Shown here: positions 1-11,300 of the stretch, one piece after another
How the letters are laid out: every line of letters starts with the position of its first letter
How positions within the stretch are numbered: the stretch's first letter is position 1
DNA from: Phoronis australis
Taxonomy: Eukaryota > Animalia > Phoronida
Reading direction: 5' to 3'
Assembly (NCBI GenBank): GCA_002633005.1
Contig: NMRA01000108.1
Coordinates: 477,006 to 541,005, forward strand
Length of the DNA stretch: 64,000 nucleotides
Program-made: the position numbers and the translations under genes
Notes under the pieces: model-generated
Told to the model about the DNA's origin: nothing
Database searches by the model: none
Seen by the model: the letters and a program-made list of their open reading frames with translations, nothing else

Positions 1-502
1 ATTCGGATTAATGGTTGTAGTTCAAGTGCCACATTGCACTTATGTCAAGCCGAAGTGGTAGCTTCAAACAGTAATCAAGTAGCAACATTGAATTTCGCCA
101 TTGAAGCACTCAGTAACTCCATTTGTTCCATCGTTATTTAATTATGAATGCTAACTTGCTATATAAAGGAATGAAAATGCTTTTTATTCTTCTCCCTGTG
201 AGGAATATTATCCAAAAATATGATCCATGCTCTGGTGTCAAGTTGGCCTTTTATGCCAGTGGCAAATTTCAGTTGTATTGTGGGAATGCAAACCATCCTG
301 TCAGACTAGTGCTCACAATGTAAAAGGCTACAAGTAAACTTAAATACTGTGGCACATGAAATGTTGTATTGAACAAAGTACTGATCTTGTGACTGGTTTT
401 GGCAATACCCTATATATGCTATCTAAGAGGGCTTTCCTGGGCCATTCTCATTCAGAAATACACCATGGTTCTGTTGCAACAACACTTTTGTTATTTTTGC
501 AG

Positions 503-3425
503 ACAATGAGTAACACGTTGTCAACGCTAAGCCGAGACGAGTCGGCGTACACTGAAATGATCCAGGAGAAAGAGAACAAGATCACACAATTGACAAAAGA
601 CTTGGAAGAACTACAGGTGAAAATTGACAGATCGGCCAAACAGGTACATAACGTTTTGAGAATAAGGTTTTGGTTTAAAATAATACTGTAGTTGATCTTA
701 TACGCGTTGCATCATATGTGCGCAGGCTGCTCACCTCGGCCCATATTGCACCAAACACCTGAAACCATTTTCCATTTATTAAACACTAACTTATAACACA
801 TAGATGTATTAACACATTTAGACGGAGATGAGGAGCTAAAGATCTTATTACTCAAGAGTCCAGCAGTGGGGTCCAGTTGTATTCGTACCTCATAAACAGG
901 AGATAAACAGATATGCTTGACCCACTAAGTCACCCAGTCTCCTCCTTTTTCTGATTGGCGTAGATCGTGTTAATTTGTGGTATTCCTATGTTCAAATTTA
1001 TCAAGTGGAAATAGAAATTATTCAAGTCTTCCTGGTGGTTGGTGGATGATGGAGCTCTCCATTAACTTCTCACGTTGTTTGAAACTTGTGGTGAATTTGC
1101 GAGTGTGTTCTACAAAGTGGGCCTCTATCTTGTGAACTGCAGTACTTTGAAAACATCTTCAATAATCCAATTTGAGTTTTTCCGTTGGATTGTTTAAGAC
1201 TTTAGTTACAATGTGCTATCAACACCATTTTAGACATGTTGGTTTCTTCTTTCACAGAATGCAAAATACGCCAGAGAACTGAGGGCCAGTAAGAAAGCGA
1301 AAGACGAGCTGCCCGAGGAAAAAGATATGGAGATCCGAGATTATCGTGAATTCAACAAGAACATGGTGAAAATGATCGGAGAAGTCGTTACACAGTTTCC
1401 GGATCTAGGCCAGGCTGTGAATCTTTACTTCCAGCAGGTTTGTTATGTCATAGTGCAGTGACAACAGTGGTGATCTTCATCTGGATTAGGAAGCTGTGGT
1501 TGCAGCCATATGCCAATTTTTCATTCTGGTTCGCAAGCGTTTCACACTTTCGTGGACTTCAATTTCTTTCAAACAATTCTTACATGACTGATCACAAAAC
1601 ATTGTTCAGGTTAATTCCGAAGTTCATTTGATCATTTGTTTTTGTCTTCGCAGTCACTTTTAAATTAGTTGAAAGTGACAGACAAGTGAGCAAAACTGTG
1701 AGAATTTTGCAACGATTGCCGGGATGACCCCATATGCCGCTAAGTTGTATTGTTTAGGAGTACTTCTGTGGTCAACATAATTATACTTTTGTTTTTATGG
1801 GGAGAACTAAGGCTGCACTCCATAGATGCTGGAATCTGGCCAGTAAAGCCATTGTGATCATATGTTTTGCTTGAAATGCATGGTGATACCTAGAGAGGTC
1901 TAACTTGTATTTTGACATCTTTTGGTCTACAGAACGCAGACCCAATGCAGTGTTTTAGAGCACACGCTTGGTGTGTTATATGAAAGTTGATTAGGTGGCG
2001 CTAGTGAAACAGTGGTCCAACTAGAGTGCAGTTCTTCCTCTCGTCTCCAAGTTGGTGAAGAGTTTGCCATTCTCTCCTTACTCAAATAAGAGAAATCTTT
2101 ATGCAGAAGCAACACCAAGTGAATATCATATCCCCCATTGTCAGATGCAGCATAACTGAAACTACAGGTCATGTATGAACACTCAGTAGACCTTTGTGAG
2201 TCGCCGACACATTTTATTGCTGCTTTGGCTAGCTTGTAATTTGAATCTTGTTACAGGCTGACCTTCCTCCACCTCCATCCCCTGGGGCTAGTCGCTATGG
2301 TTCCCGACCGGGCAGTGCTCGAAGCAGTGTTTCTAGTTTGTCTGCACGCAGCGGAATGTCTGCTAGGAGCCAGGGCTCCATAACAAAAGGACCACCCGCT
2401 GTTGAAATTGGAGGGGATTTCAGTAAGTCCGGTACTTTCTAATCAATTGTAGTTCTTCATTTCGTTAGCTTTTGAAAGTTAGAATAATTCATTCATTTAA
2501 CAATGTGGATTGTAGCAAACTATGTACTATGCTGAGTGAAATATAATTACACAACATTAATAGTACATTTCAACTTGTCAAAAATCTCTAGTCTTCAATG
2601 TAGCTCTCCTGTTGCACGAATGAACAAAGTAGTGGAATTAGGTTGTACCTTATACAAATGAGCATTGAACGGGGTTTAACCTTTGACCTCAATATTATTA
2701 CTATTATTATCAATACTTCAAGGGTGCGTTCACATAACAGGTCGTCACTCAAGGGGGCGGGCATTTGGAAAAGATGATTTATGACAAGGAATTACACTCA
2801 TGCTGACATCATCAAGGGCTTTATTAGAATATCTCCATCTCAGTACGACTTGATTGTTGTGATGGCGTACTTTATTTCATATCTGGATGAAACAGTGGCA
2901 AATGCAACTGTTGGAGGCTGGATGGGGGGTTTATATCATGATGACGGGTGATGACATCGGGAAGGGGAGGAGGGTAGTCAGTGAAAATTTTTGGATGTAG
3001 TCTGCGAACATCTGAACCCTCCCTTACTACAAATCTCAAGCTAAGTGTTTATCCTGTGCTCACACATTTTATGGTTTTTACAGGTTTGTGTGTAGACCAC
3101 GTTTGCACTTGATGACCTTTGCATTTAAGTAAAAACTGCTTTAATGTTGGGGTCATCAAGTGAAAACTAGGATTAGATGCGATTTACGTAAACTGTAATA
3201 TACTCAAGTATAGAGACACACCTCGTGTTCAATTACAATGATTAGGCCTGGTTTCTAGCTAGGCATTTGCTTATATGTTCTAGTTAGTCAACAGAAAGGC
3301 ACAAAAGTCAGACATATCTGAAACTGTTTGAATGTGAGTACTGTACTGTTGTGCATCTATGTCTTACAGAATCCCCAGGTGGTTCACGGGCTTCAAGCAG
3401 AAGTACTACTAGTAGCAGACGATAA
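503..3425 (+). CDS. CCDC39: Coiled-coil domain-containing protein 39 (axonemal ruler), last four exons; 5' part lies outside the window
   Basis: Exons 503-643, 1258-1437, 2257-2422 and 3370-3425 have AG/GT ends and matching phases. They read TMSNTLSTL...KIDRSAKQ|NAKYARELRASKKAKDELPEEKDMEIRDYREFNK...NLYFQQ|ADLPPPPSPGASRYGSRPGSARSSVSSLSARS...|KSPGGSRASSRSTTSSRR*. This matches the recalled CCDC39 C-terminus (EEQDIKLRE...YFQQ plus Ser/Arg-rich tail). Confidence 0.85.
690..945 (-). mobile_element. tRNA-derived SINE-like element (degenerate copy)
   Basis: Shares blocks with 6070-6382 (GAGGAGCTAAAGA...CTCAAG..TC.AG.AGT, and TATAC..GTTGCATCA...GCACCAA.CACCTGA). Confidence 0.55.
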
Positions 3426-4636
3426 GCTGTCACAAGAAGCAGACGATAAGCCGTCATTAAAAGCAGACGACAAAATGGGGAAGGATCATTCATTCAATGG
3501 CAAATGAACTGGTGTCAGACAAAGTTGTTCAAAATACAAAAGGAATTATGTAAAAGTGCCGAGTGAAACAGTTTGCATTTCATGCTCCTTGTAATAGAGC
3601 TACACTAAAATCGTTATTTGAAAAGAAATTGTGCCGTTTTAAAACCCCATCTTGGAACGCAATGAAATATTTTAACTATAATATTTATTTTTTTATTTAA
3701 TAGTTGTTTGAACACTCAGTTTTGTAAATTGTTTTATGTGATGTAAATAAGATGTAAATAAAATTATACATTCATTATAAGATTTTCCTATTTATTTTTA
3801 TTACAATAGCATGTAAAACAAAGATGGATGACATGAAGAAGAAAACAAAAATAACTTCTACTTCTAAACATTCAACACACAAAAACACATCAGATACTTA
3901 TTAAGAATTTGAAAAATGAAAATATTAGATAAAACACAATGAGCTTTTCTACAAATCTATGACCACACAGTCAGCATTCAAAGTAGTAGCAACAATAAGC
4001 TGGACGGCAAACCAAAAATGTATTTAGCAATGTTTAATGACGCCACACCAATAAAAATTATCCAGTCTTCCAAATTCTCTTTATCCCTCAATCTTGATAT
4101 TACTGTTGCTATTAAGCATGCAACTATTACGCTAACAGGATTTGCACGCAAGTGGATGAGAAAGCATGCACTGTTGACCCCAGAGTATATTGATGGCTTC
4201 GTCACAGATTGAAGTGAGTTAGTTGCTTTTCACTAGTTGATTTTCATGGGCTTCACCGAATGTGTGTTGGAAGAGATAATTGCAATTGTAACCAACGTGC
4301 CTGCTTAGCATACTGGTTTCAAAGTAAAAAAACGAATATTAAGTAAGGAAAACAATCATCATGACTGTTTTTAAAATTGAAAAAAATATTAATCGTCTTC
4401 ACTTAATTAAAACTTCAAAATTGATGCATTTTAAGAGAAATTAGCGCATGGCTTTTCTTCAGAAGAGCAGCTAATGCCGCGCGTATTAATTTGTGAAGGA
4501 ATTAAGGTTGGTTTGGTTACAGTCTGGCTTAAATTTGCTTAGGCATTTAGGTAATAAATCCTCTAATGTTAGCAAAGGAGTTGCCTCTGGAACCTTTTGC
4601 CAAACAATTTATGGAGCCTCATTTGTGTCTTCCACG

Positions 4637-4803
4637 CTAATTTCTGCGTCCTCTTCCTCCGTTACCACGGTGATATCCTGTTTCACCAGGTGGCTGCTGA
4701 CTTCCAGCCCCACTGTTCACGCGACCCCTTCCTCGACCTCTGTTGGCTGACTTTCTATGATGACCTTGACCTCTCCAACTTGATGTGCACGGTCTTTCAT
4801 CAC
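4637..4803 (-). CDS. Probable terminal exon encoding an RG/RGG-rich tail of the fusion protein
   Basis: The donor ATTA|GTAAGT at 5345/5344 and the acceptor TTTACTTTCCATGAAG|GT at 4804/4803 are phase-compatible. The exon reads SDERPCTSSWRGQGHHRKSANRGRGRGRVNSGAGSQQPPGETGYHRGNGGRGRRN*. Confidence 0.6.
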
Positions 4804-5336
4804 CTTCATGGAAAGTAAATAAATAGGACCTTTGCATTGGTGTTACATTTCCAAATATAAATGCACAGTAGTAATAACGTAACCCAAATCAATACACTAT
4901 TATGTCCTCCCATGACTTTCTATAAAAATGTACGCTTCCCCTACGAATAGCATGTCACATCTTGTAACCCTCAAACTCCGTCTAAGTCACTGCCACATAT
5001 GACAAGTCTTTCAGTCACTGCTCTCTTCTTCAGCATGTTTTTCTATAATTTATAAACAGTACAGTAAGTCACAATCTAGAAACCCTCATATACAATCAAT
5101 ATCACCTTCTATGACATCATCAAATTACAGGCTTGTTTAAACACACTCTTTCTTCATGCTAGCAACCACGCATGTCAATCTGACAAACCTGACATGGTCA
5201 GTTGACTCATTGCTGATGATCATACAACAATTATATTACAGAAATTTGCACTTCAAAACACATTTTGACTTTCCCCTTAAACATTCAACCTGCAGCTATA
5301 TATTCATTCGTCTTCACAAACCACTGGTCGCCAACA

Positions 5337-8300
5337 TCACTTACTAATTTCGACCTTTTCATGTCGCACCCACTCAATCCACCGTTTCCAGGTATCATCG
5401 GTTCCCAAAGTTTCAGCATTTCCCAATACGATCAGGCCACGCTTAGCACGAGTTAAAGCGACATTCATCCTTCTGCTGTCATCAATGAAACCAAGCTGGC
5501 CATGATCATTAGACCTCACAGTAGAAAAGATGATTACGTCCCGTTCCTGGCCTTGAAAGCCATCAACGGTCCTAATGTTGACATTTGCAATTCCTTTAGT
5601 TTGTAAGGCATCCACTATTTTGGAGACCTACAACAGAAAAGTGTTAGTACAAAGTACATTTTTTTAAATTTCATAAATATGACTGTAGAAGATAAATGGC
5701 ATAACTGCTACACTCGAATTGACATAATACCTGTAAATGACCTAGAACAATAACAAGAGCATCGTATGTACTAATTAAGACACCAACTGTTGTAAGTAAT
5801 GCTCTAAAAGCAAAGCCCAATTCCATAAAATGAGAAGAATGAAATCACCATAACTCATCATTTTGTGTTTTCTAACTCTGCAGTCTCATTCTGCATTATA
5901 ATTTCCCTCACAGCGTCATGTGATTAATATGCCACTAATAAAATAAATAAACTTATAGTTGATTACGTTAATACATAGTTATTAGACCACTATTAAACTT
6001 AACTGTTAAGATTAATGGCAGAAACAATGTGAAACTCTGACTGTAGTTGATTAAAAAATAGCTAGTGCAGGTGGTATTATATACGTTGCATCAGACATGT
6101 TACTCAGCCCAGGGCCCATATTACTGGACCCACATTGCTGCACCAAGCACCTGACACTATTTTTCATACATACAACACAGTCACATAGTATTCACTGAAA
6201 TGGTCACCCAGTCTTTTAAGAAGTTTAAATAAATAAATAAATATTATATACACAAATAAAGACCGAGCTGAGGAGCTAAAGACCTGACTCAAGGGTCTAG
6301 TAGTAGAGTCCAGTGGGATTCGAGCCTACAACCATGAGAACAAGAGGCATACACTCAACCCACTAGACCACACTGCCACCTCTTGGTTGTGACACTGTTA
6401 AAGTCAGTGCTATGGTAAATCAGCACTGATTTCATACCTGCGCCTTGTACGGTGAGATGACGCCAATGGCACTCTCTTCCAGCCCACCTGACAACAGTGT
6501 CTCCACATCACTAACCACACGATCCACCTCTGATTGGTTGAACTTTGAGGAGCCTTTTGACCTTTCTTCATTCTATAAATATATTACAACAATATCCACT
6601 TCTGATTTGTTGAACTTTGAGGACCCTTTTGACCTTTTTTCATTCTACAAAGATATCACAACACCTCCGATTTATTGAACTTTGAGGGGCCTTTTGACCT
6701 TTCTTCATTCTATAAATCCACCTCTTGATTTGTTGAACTTTGAGGGGCCTTTTGACCTCTCATTCTATAAATATACTAAATTATCCACCTCTGATTGGTT
6801 GAACTTTGAGGAGCCCTTTGACCTTTCCTCATTCTATAAATATACTACAATATCCACCTCTGATTGGTTGAACTTTGAGGAGCACTTTGACCTTTCTTCA
6901 TTCTATAAATACATTACAACAATATTCACCTCTAATTGGTTGAACTTTGAGGAACCTTTTGACCTTTCCCCATTTTACAAGTGCATTGCAGTAAAGTTTG
7001 TTGAATAAGGACTTTTCATAAAATTTTCTTAATAAAAACAAATAAGTAGTTTTTCTTGCACAGCTAATCATCAACCAAGCATTTGGTGAACTTCTGAGGA
7101 TTTAAAAACATGGTGAGCTTTTAAAAAAAAAATGGAAAATAATAATTTCAGACTTTCATTTAATTTCGTTTTGGAAAAAAATTCATCACACAAATGCCTT
7201 TAAAGTAGTCCATGTGGTAAAAAGATGGGATAGGTGGCCTAAAATGAAAGTAATTGTCAAGCTTTGAGCTGATCATTGTGTGCTGGAAAAATATTGAGAA
7301 GGATCACTCTTGTGTCCATGGCAACCGAGGAACGACAGTAAACATCTTAGACTTCAGTTAAGGCTTCAAAAAAGCAGCAAAATCTAAGGAAAACAATAAA
7401 TGGAATATTTATTTTCCTGATAAAATGCATACTTCTAAATTACAGACATCAGGCATTTCAAACTGTGCTCAAGTACTGCAGAAATCAACTAAATAAAACC
7501 GCTAGATTATCCCGTGAAACACGCAGATCTTCACCACTGAAAGCAATTTGTTTCAGTAGTTACCTTTGGCATGTTGACAAATGCTACAGGTTTTTGACCA
7601 GGCCAGTCAAACATCAAGGGTAGGGGTCGATCCTCAGCTGTAACACCATCTCTAAGTTGTGACTTGTACCACATTTTGGAGGGGAATGCTGAAATGAGTG
7701 GGTGCATGCGGTACTGAGTATCCAGCAAGTAGACAGGGTATTCCTCTGACCTTAACCTGAAATAAAGAACAAAAAATATTCTAGAAATTTAGCACTTGAT
7801 ATAGAATAGGACAAAGAATTTAAGGTTATCACAAATACCTTATCGACAAGTCTGTAAATTTTTCAAAATATCTACAAAACCACTGAATCTAACTAAGCAT
7901 AAAATATATTTTCTGAAAGTAGAAATTCTGTAGAATTTGACTTTTGACCAGTTGCCAATCTGCCACTAATTAGTTTGCTTGACCTTGTTTTTGAAGAAAA
8001 TTTAGCAAAAAAAGAATTACATTCATAGCAACACTTCTCAAGCATCATTTTTAAAAGTTTGACCATGTAAAAGTTGCACCCAGACAAGTAACTTTGCATG
8101 GACAAATGGACATAACTAGATCCTTACTGCCCTATACCTTGGTCATATTCCGAGTCTCTTCACCAAAAAGAGTTCTACCTCCTTGCCTTACATGATCGAG
8201 CTATTTTTTCTGTATCAGTCTTAGTTAACAGAAATTGGGGTTTTTTGATGCCTCGTGCTCAGCTGTGCTCCCAATAACCTCTCAACTGCAGGCNACTGTG

Positions 8301-11300
8301 CTCAAGTACTGCGGAAATCAACTAAATAAAACCGCTAGATTATCCCGTGAAACACGCAGATCTTCACCACTGAAAGCAATTTGTTTCAGTAGTTACCTTT
8401 GGCATGTTGACAAATGCTACAGGTTTTTGACCAGGCCAGTCAAACATCAAGGGTAGGGGTCGATCCTCAGCTGTAACACCATCTCTAAGTTGTGACTTGT
8501 ACCACATTTTGGAGGGGAATGCTGAAATGAGTGGGTGCATGCGGTACTGAGTATCCAGCAAGTAGACAGGGTATTCCTCTGACCTTAACCTGAAATAAAG
8601 AACAAAAAATATTCTAGAAATTTAGCACTTGATATAGAATAGGACAAAGAATTTAAGGTTATCACAAATACCTTATCGACAAGTCTGTAAATTTTTCAAA
8701 ATATCTACAAAACCACTGAATCTAACTAAGCATAAAATATATTTTCTGAAAGTAGAAATTCTGTAGAATTTGACTTTTGACCAGTTGCCAATCTGCCACT
8801 AATTAGTTTGCTTGACCTTGTTTTTGACGAAAATTTAGCAAAAAAAGAAGTTACATTCATAGCAACACTTCTCAAGCATCATTTTTAAAAGTTTGACCAT
8901 GTAAAAGTTGCACCCATACAAGTAACTTTGCATGGACAAATGGACATAACTAGATCCTTACTGCCCTATACCTTGGTCATATACCGAGTCTCTTCACCAA
9001 AAAGAGTTCTACCTCCTTGCCTTACATGATCGAGCTATTTTTTCTGTATCAGTCTTAGTTAACAGAAATTGGGGGTTTTTGATGCCTCGTGCTCGGCTGG
9101 TGCTCCCAATAACCTCTCAACTGCAGGCTGACATGACCATTTTTTCAGCTGCAAACCCATCAGAACAGAGTCACAAGCTTTATGTGAACAAGGAGGCATG
9201 AGGCTGACGCAAGACAATGGTGGGAATGCGTTACACAATAACTTACAGGTCTTCGAGCAATTGAGGATAGGGAGAGGGGAGCGAACAAAAAATCTTTCGC
9301 ACGACTACAAAAACCCAACAATCAGAATTGATGCTCATCGTCAGTGTTGCAGGGAACGCTAGGATACTTCTTTCTGGCATTCAATTCATCACAGCTAGCC
9401 TGCACTGATGGTAACAGCCTTCCGACCATTCTATCAAGCAATAAAACTGCAGCTGGAATCCCTACCTTTCAAAGAGAGACACCTTCAGGCCAGCAGCTTG
9501 TTTACACAGGCTGAATGGAGGAAGCTGCATGTCATCCCCAATCAAGCATATTTTCCTCGCACCGTGTGCGACGGCCACCAATATGGCGGGCTCGATAGCC
9601 TGAACAGCTTCATCAACCAACACGTGTCTGAATTGGATGTCGTTCAGTAGAGCAGAGCCACTGGCGATACACGTAGCACACAACACCTGGAACATTCATT
9701 TTGCGCAATATTAAGGTACTATGGAAACTAGCAATCTTCAAGTAAAATGACCAGCGTCAGCATAAAATAAAAAACTGGGGTCTTTTTCATAAAAATTGAC
9801 TTAATACTTAAATAATTTTTTTAACTGAAGTTCAAAGTGATTTTCTCTAGGCCAGTCAGCTAATTGGTAGTTCATTCACCACAGTAAAATTGGAATATGT
9901 TAAAATTGTATGTCAAAAAAGAGTATCACATAATCAAGACGTACTAAATTAAGATTCCAATTTCAACTGGACCAGGATGGCTTAGGATAGTTTCTAAACT
10001 AACAAATTTGCACCCTACTAAAGAGTTGAGAAAAATAAACAAAGTCTTCAGTAGGACAGAAATGGGAGAAAACAAGAAGCACAAAGCTTAGTCGTCTTTA
10101 ATTACTAACCAAGGACTGTATCTTCTTTAAATAGAAATTTACTTGAATTAACAGAAGGTAAATTAATAAGTGAGCCAATAGACCTTTTAAATAAGAAGTT
10201 TGTGGCTGCATTTCGTAGGGGTTGCCAAAAGTTATTAACAAAAATACCACTATCACCACACCTTGCACTTTTTGATGATTTTTTCAGCGTTGCATTGACG
10301 AACATTTCCTCTTTTGTCTGAACATCGTTTTTCAAGCAGAAACTCTTCAAGTTCTGGTTTTGATTTCTCCTCACCGCTTGCTAGTCTGATGATGTCATTC
10401 GAAGACACGCCCAATGAGATCAGTTTCCTCACCAAATTCTTAACACCTTCGTTAGTTTCGGCAACAACCAGAACCTATATCATAAGTGAAAAAGTGGAGT
10501 ATACAAATGTGTTTCTATCTAAAACACAGCACATCACAAATACTTTGTCAATTCGTGACAAAATTTTCTGCAGATTACCCCGTTACATCTAAAGCCTTAA
10601 TTCCAAAGATTCAAATTCCCAATGATTGGGACATAATAGCTGTCACAATCCTACCACAATCAATGTCAGCCCTGCATGCTGGTAAAATGTAACAATTGTT
10701 ACATTTTAAGCCATAATTGTTACATAAGTTGTTACATTTTACGAAATTGTTACATTTACCTAAAATGCACATGCCAGAAATGTACCATTGTTACATTTTA
10801 GGAAAGCAACTCATATTTCATGAGTTTGCATGGTATTTGTCAAAGGGAAAACCGTTCACTTAACACCTTCTTTCTCAGATTGTGTGAATGAAATTCTACC
10901 AAATGTGCCAGGTCGACTTTGTCCCTATGTACTTTCCATGGGTTTTTAACATGTGTAGTTTTATGGTACAGTCAAAAATGTACAGTGTACAGTTTCAACT
11001 CCACACGAAAGGAGATTCCAGGATCAGGTAACAAGTTTTTTATCGTTAAGGTGTTCTTGCAATCTTTTATTGGCGCTCATAAACCAACTGTGTATTACAG
11101 TAAACACACTTCCCTTGGTAAGAACAACGACATCGTATTTGCCTAATATTTATCGTATTTTCCCCGGAACGAATGACTTTTACAAAATTTTTCATGGAGA
11201 ATTCAATTTTGGAAGCCAATTTTGGATAGAAAAAACACCAGTTTTAGTCCAAGATAGTTTGGTTTATTTTGGCCTTGGAGTAACTGCCATGCTTCACACA

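Noticed and set aside
3414-3475. Regulatory triple repeat AGCAGACGATAAG at the CCDC39 stop
   Set aside because: Three short degenerate 24-bp units are readily explained by slippage, with no evidence of function.
6310-6382. tRNA gene
   Set aside because: A- and B-box-like motifs are present, but there is no convincing cloverleaf and it is part of a dispersed SINE-like repeat.
6523-6985. CRISPR-like array
   Set aside because: The DNA is eukaryotic, there are no unique spacers or cas genes, and the unit derives from the adjacent exon boundary.
6445-7008. Plus-strand repeat-protein ORFs (LNFEEPFDLSSFYK)
   Set aside because: They are the antisense reading of the helicase exon and the minisatellite.
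7462-9128. Tandem or mutually exclusive duplication of a helicase exon
   Set aside because: The copies are near-identical including intron sequence and meet exactly at an n, typical of haplotype overlap. Including both exons would also shift the frame.
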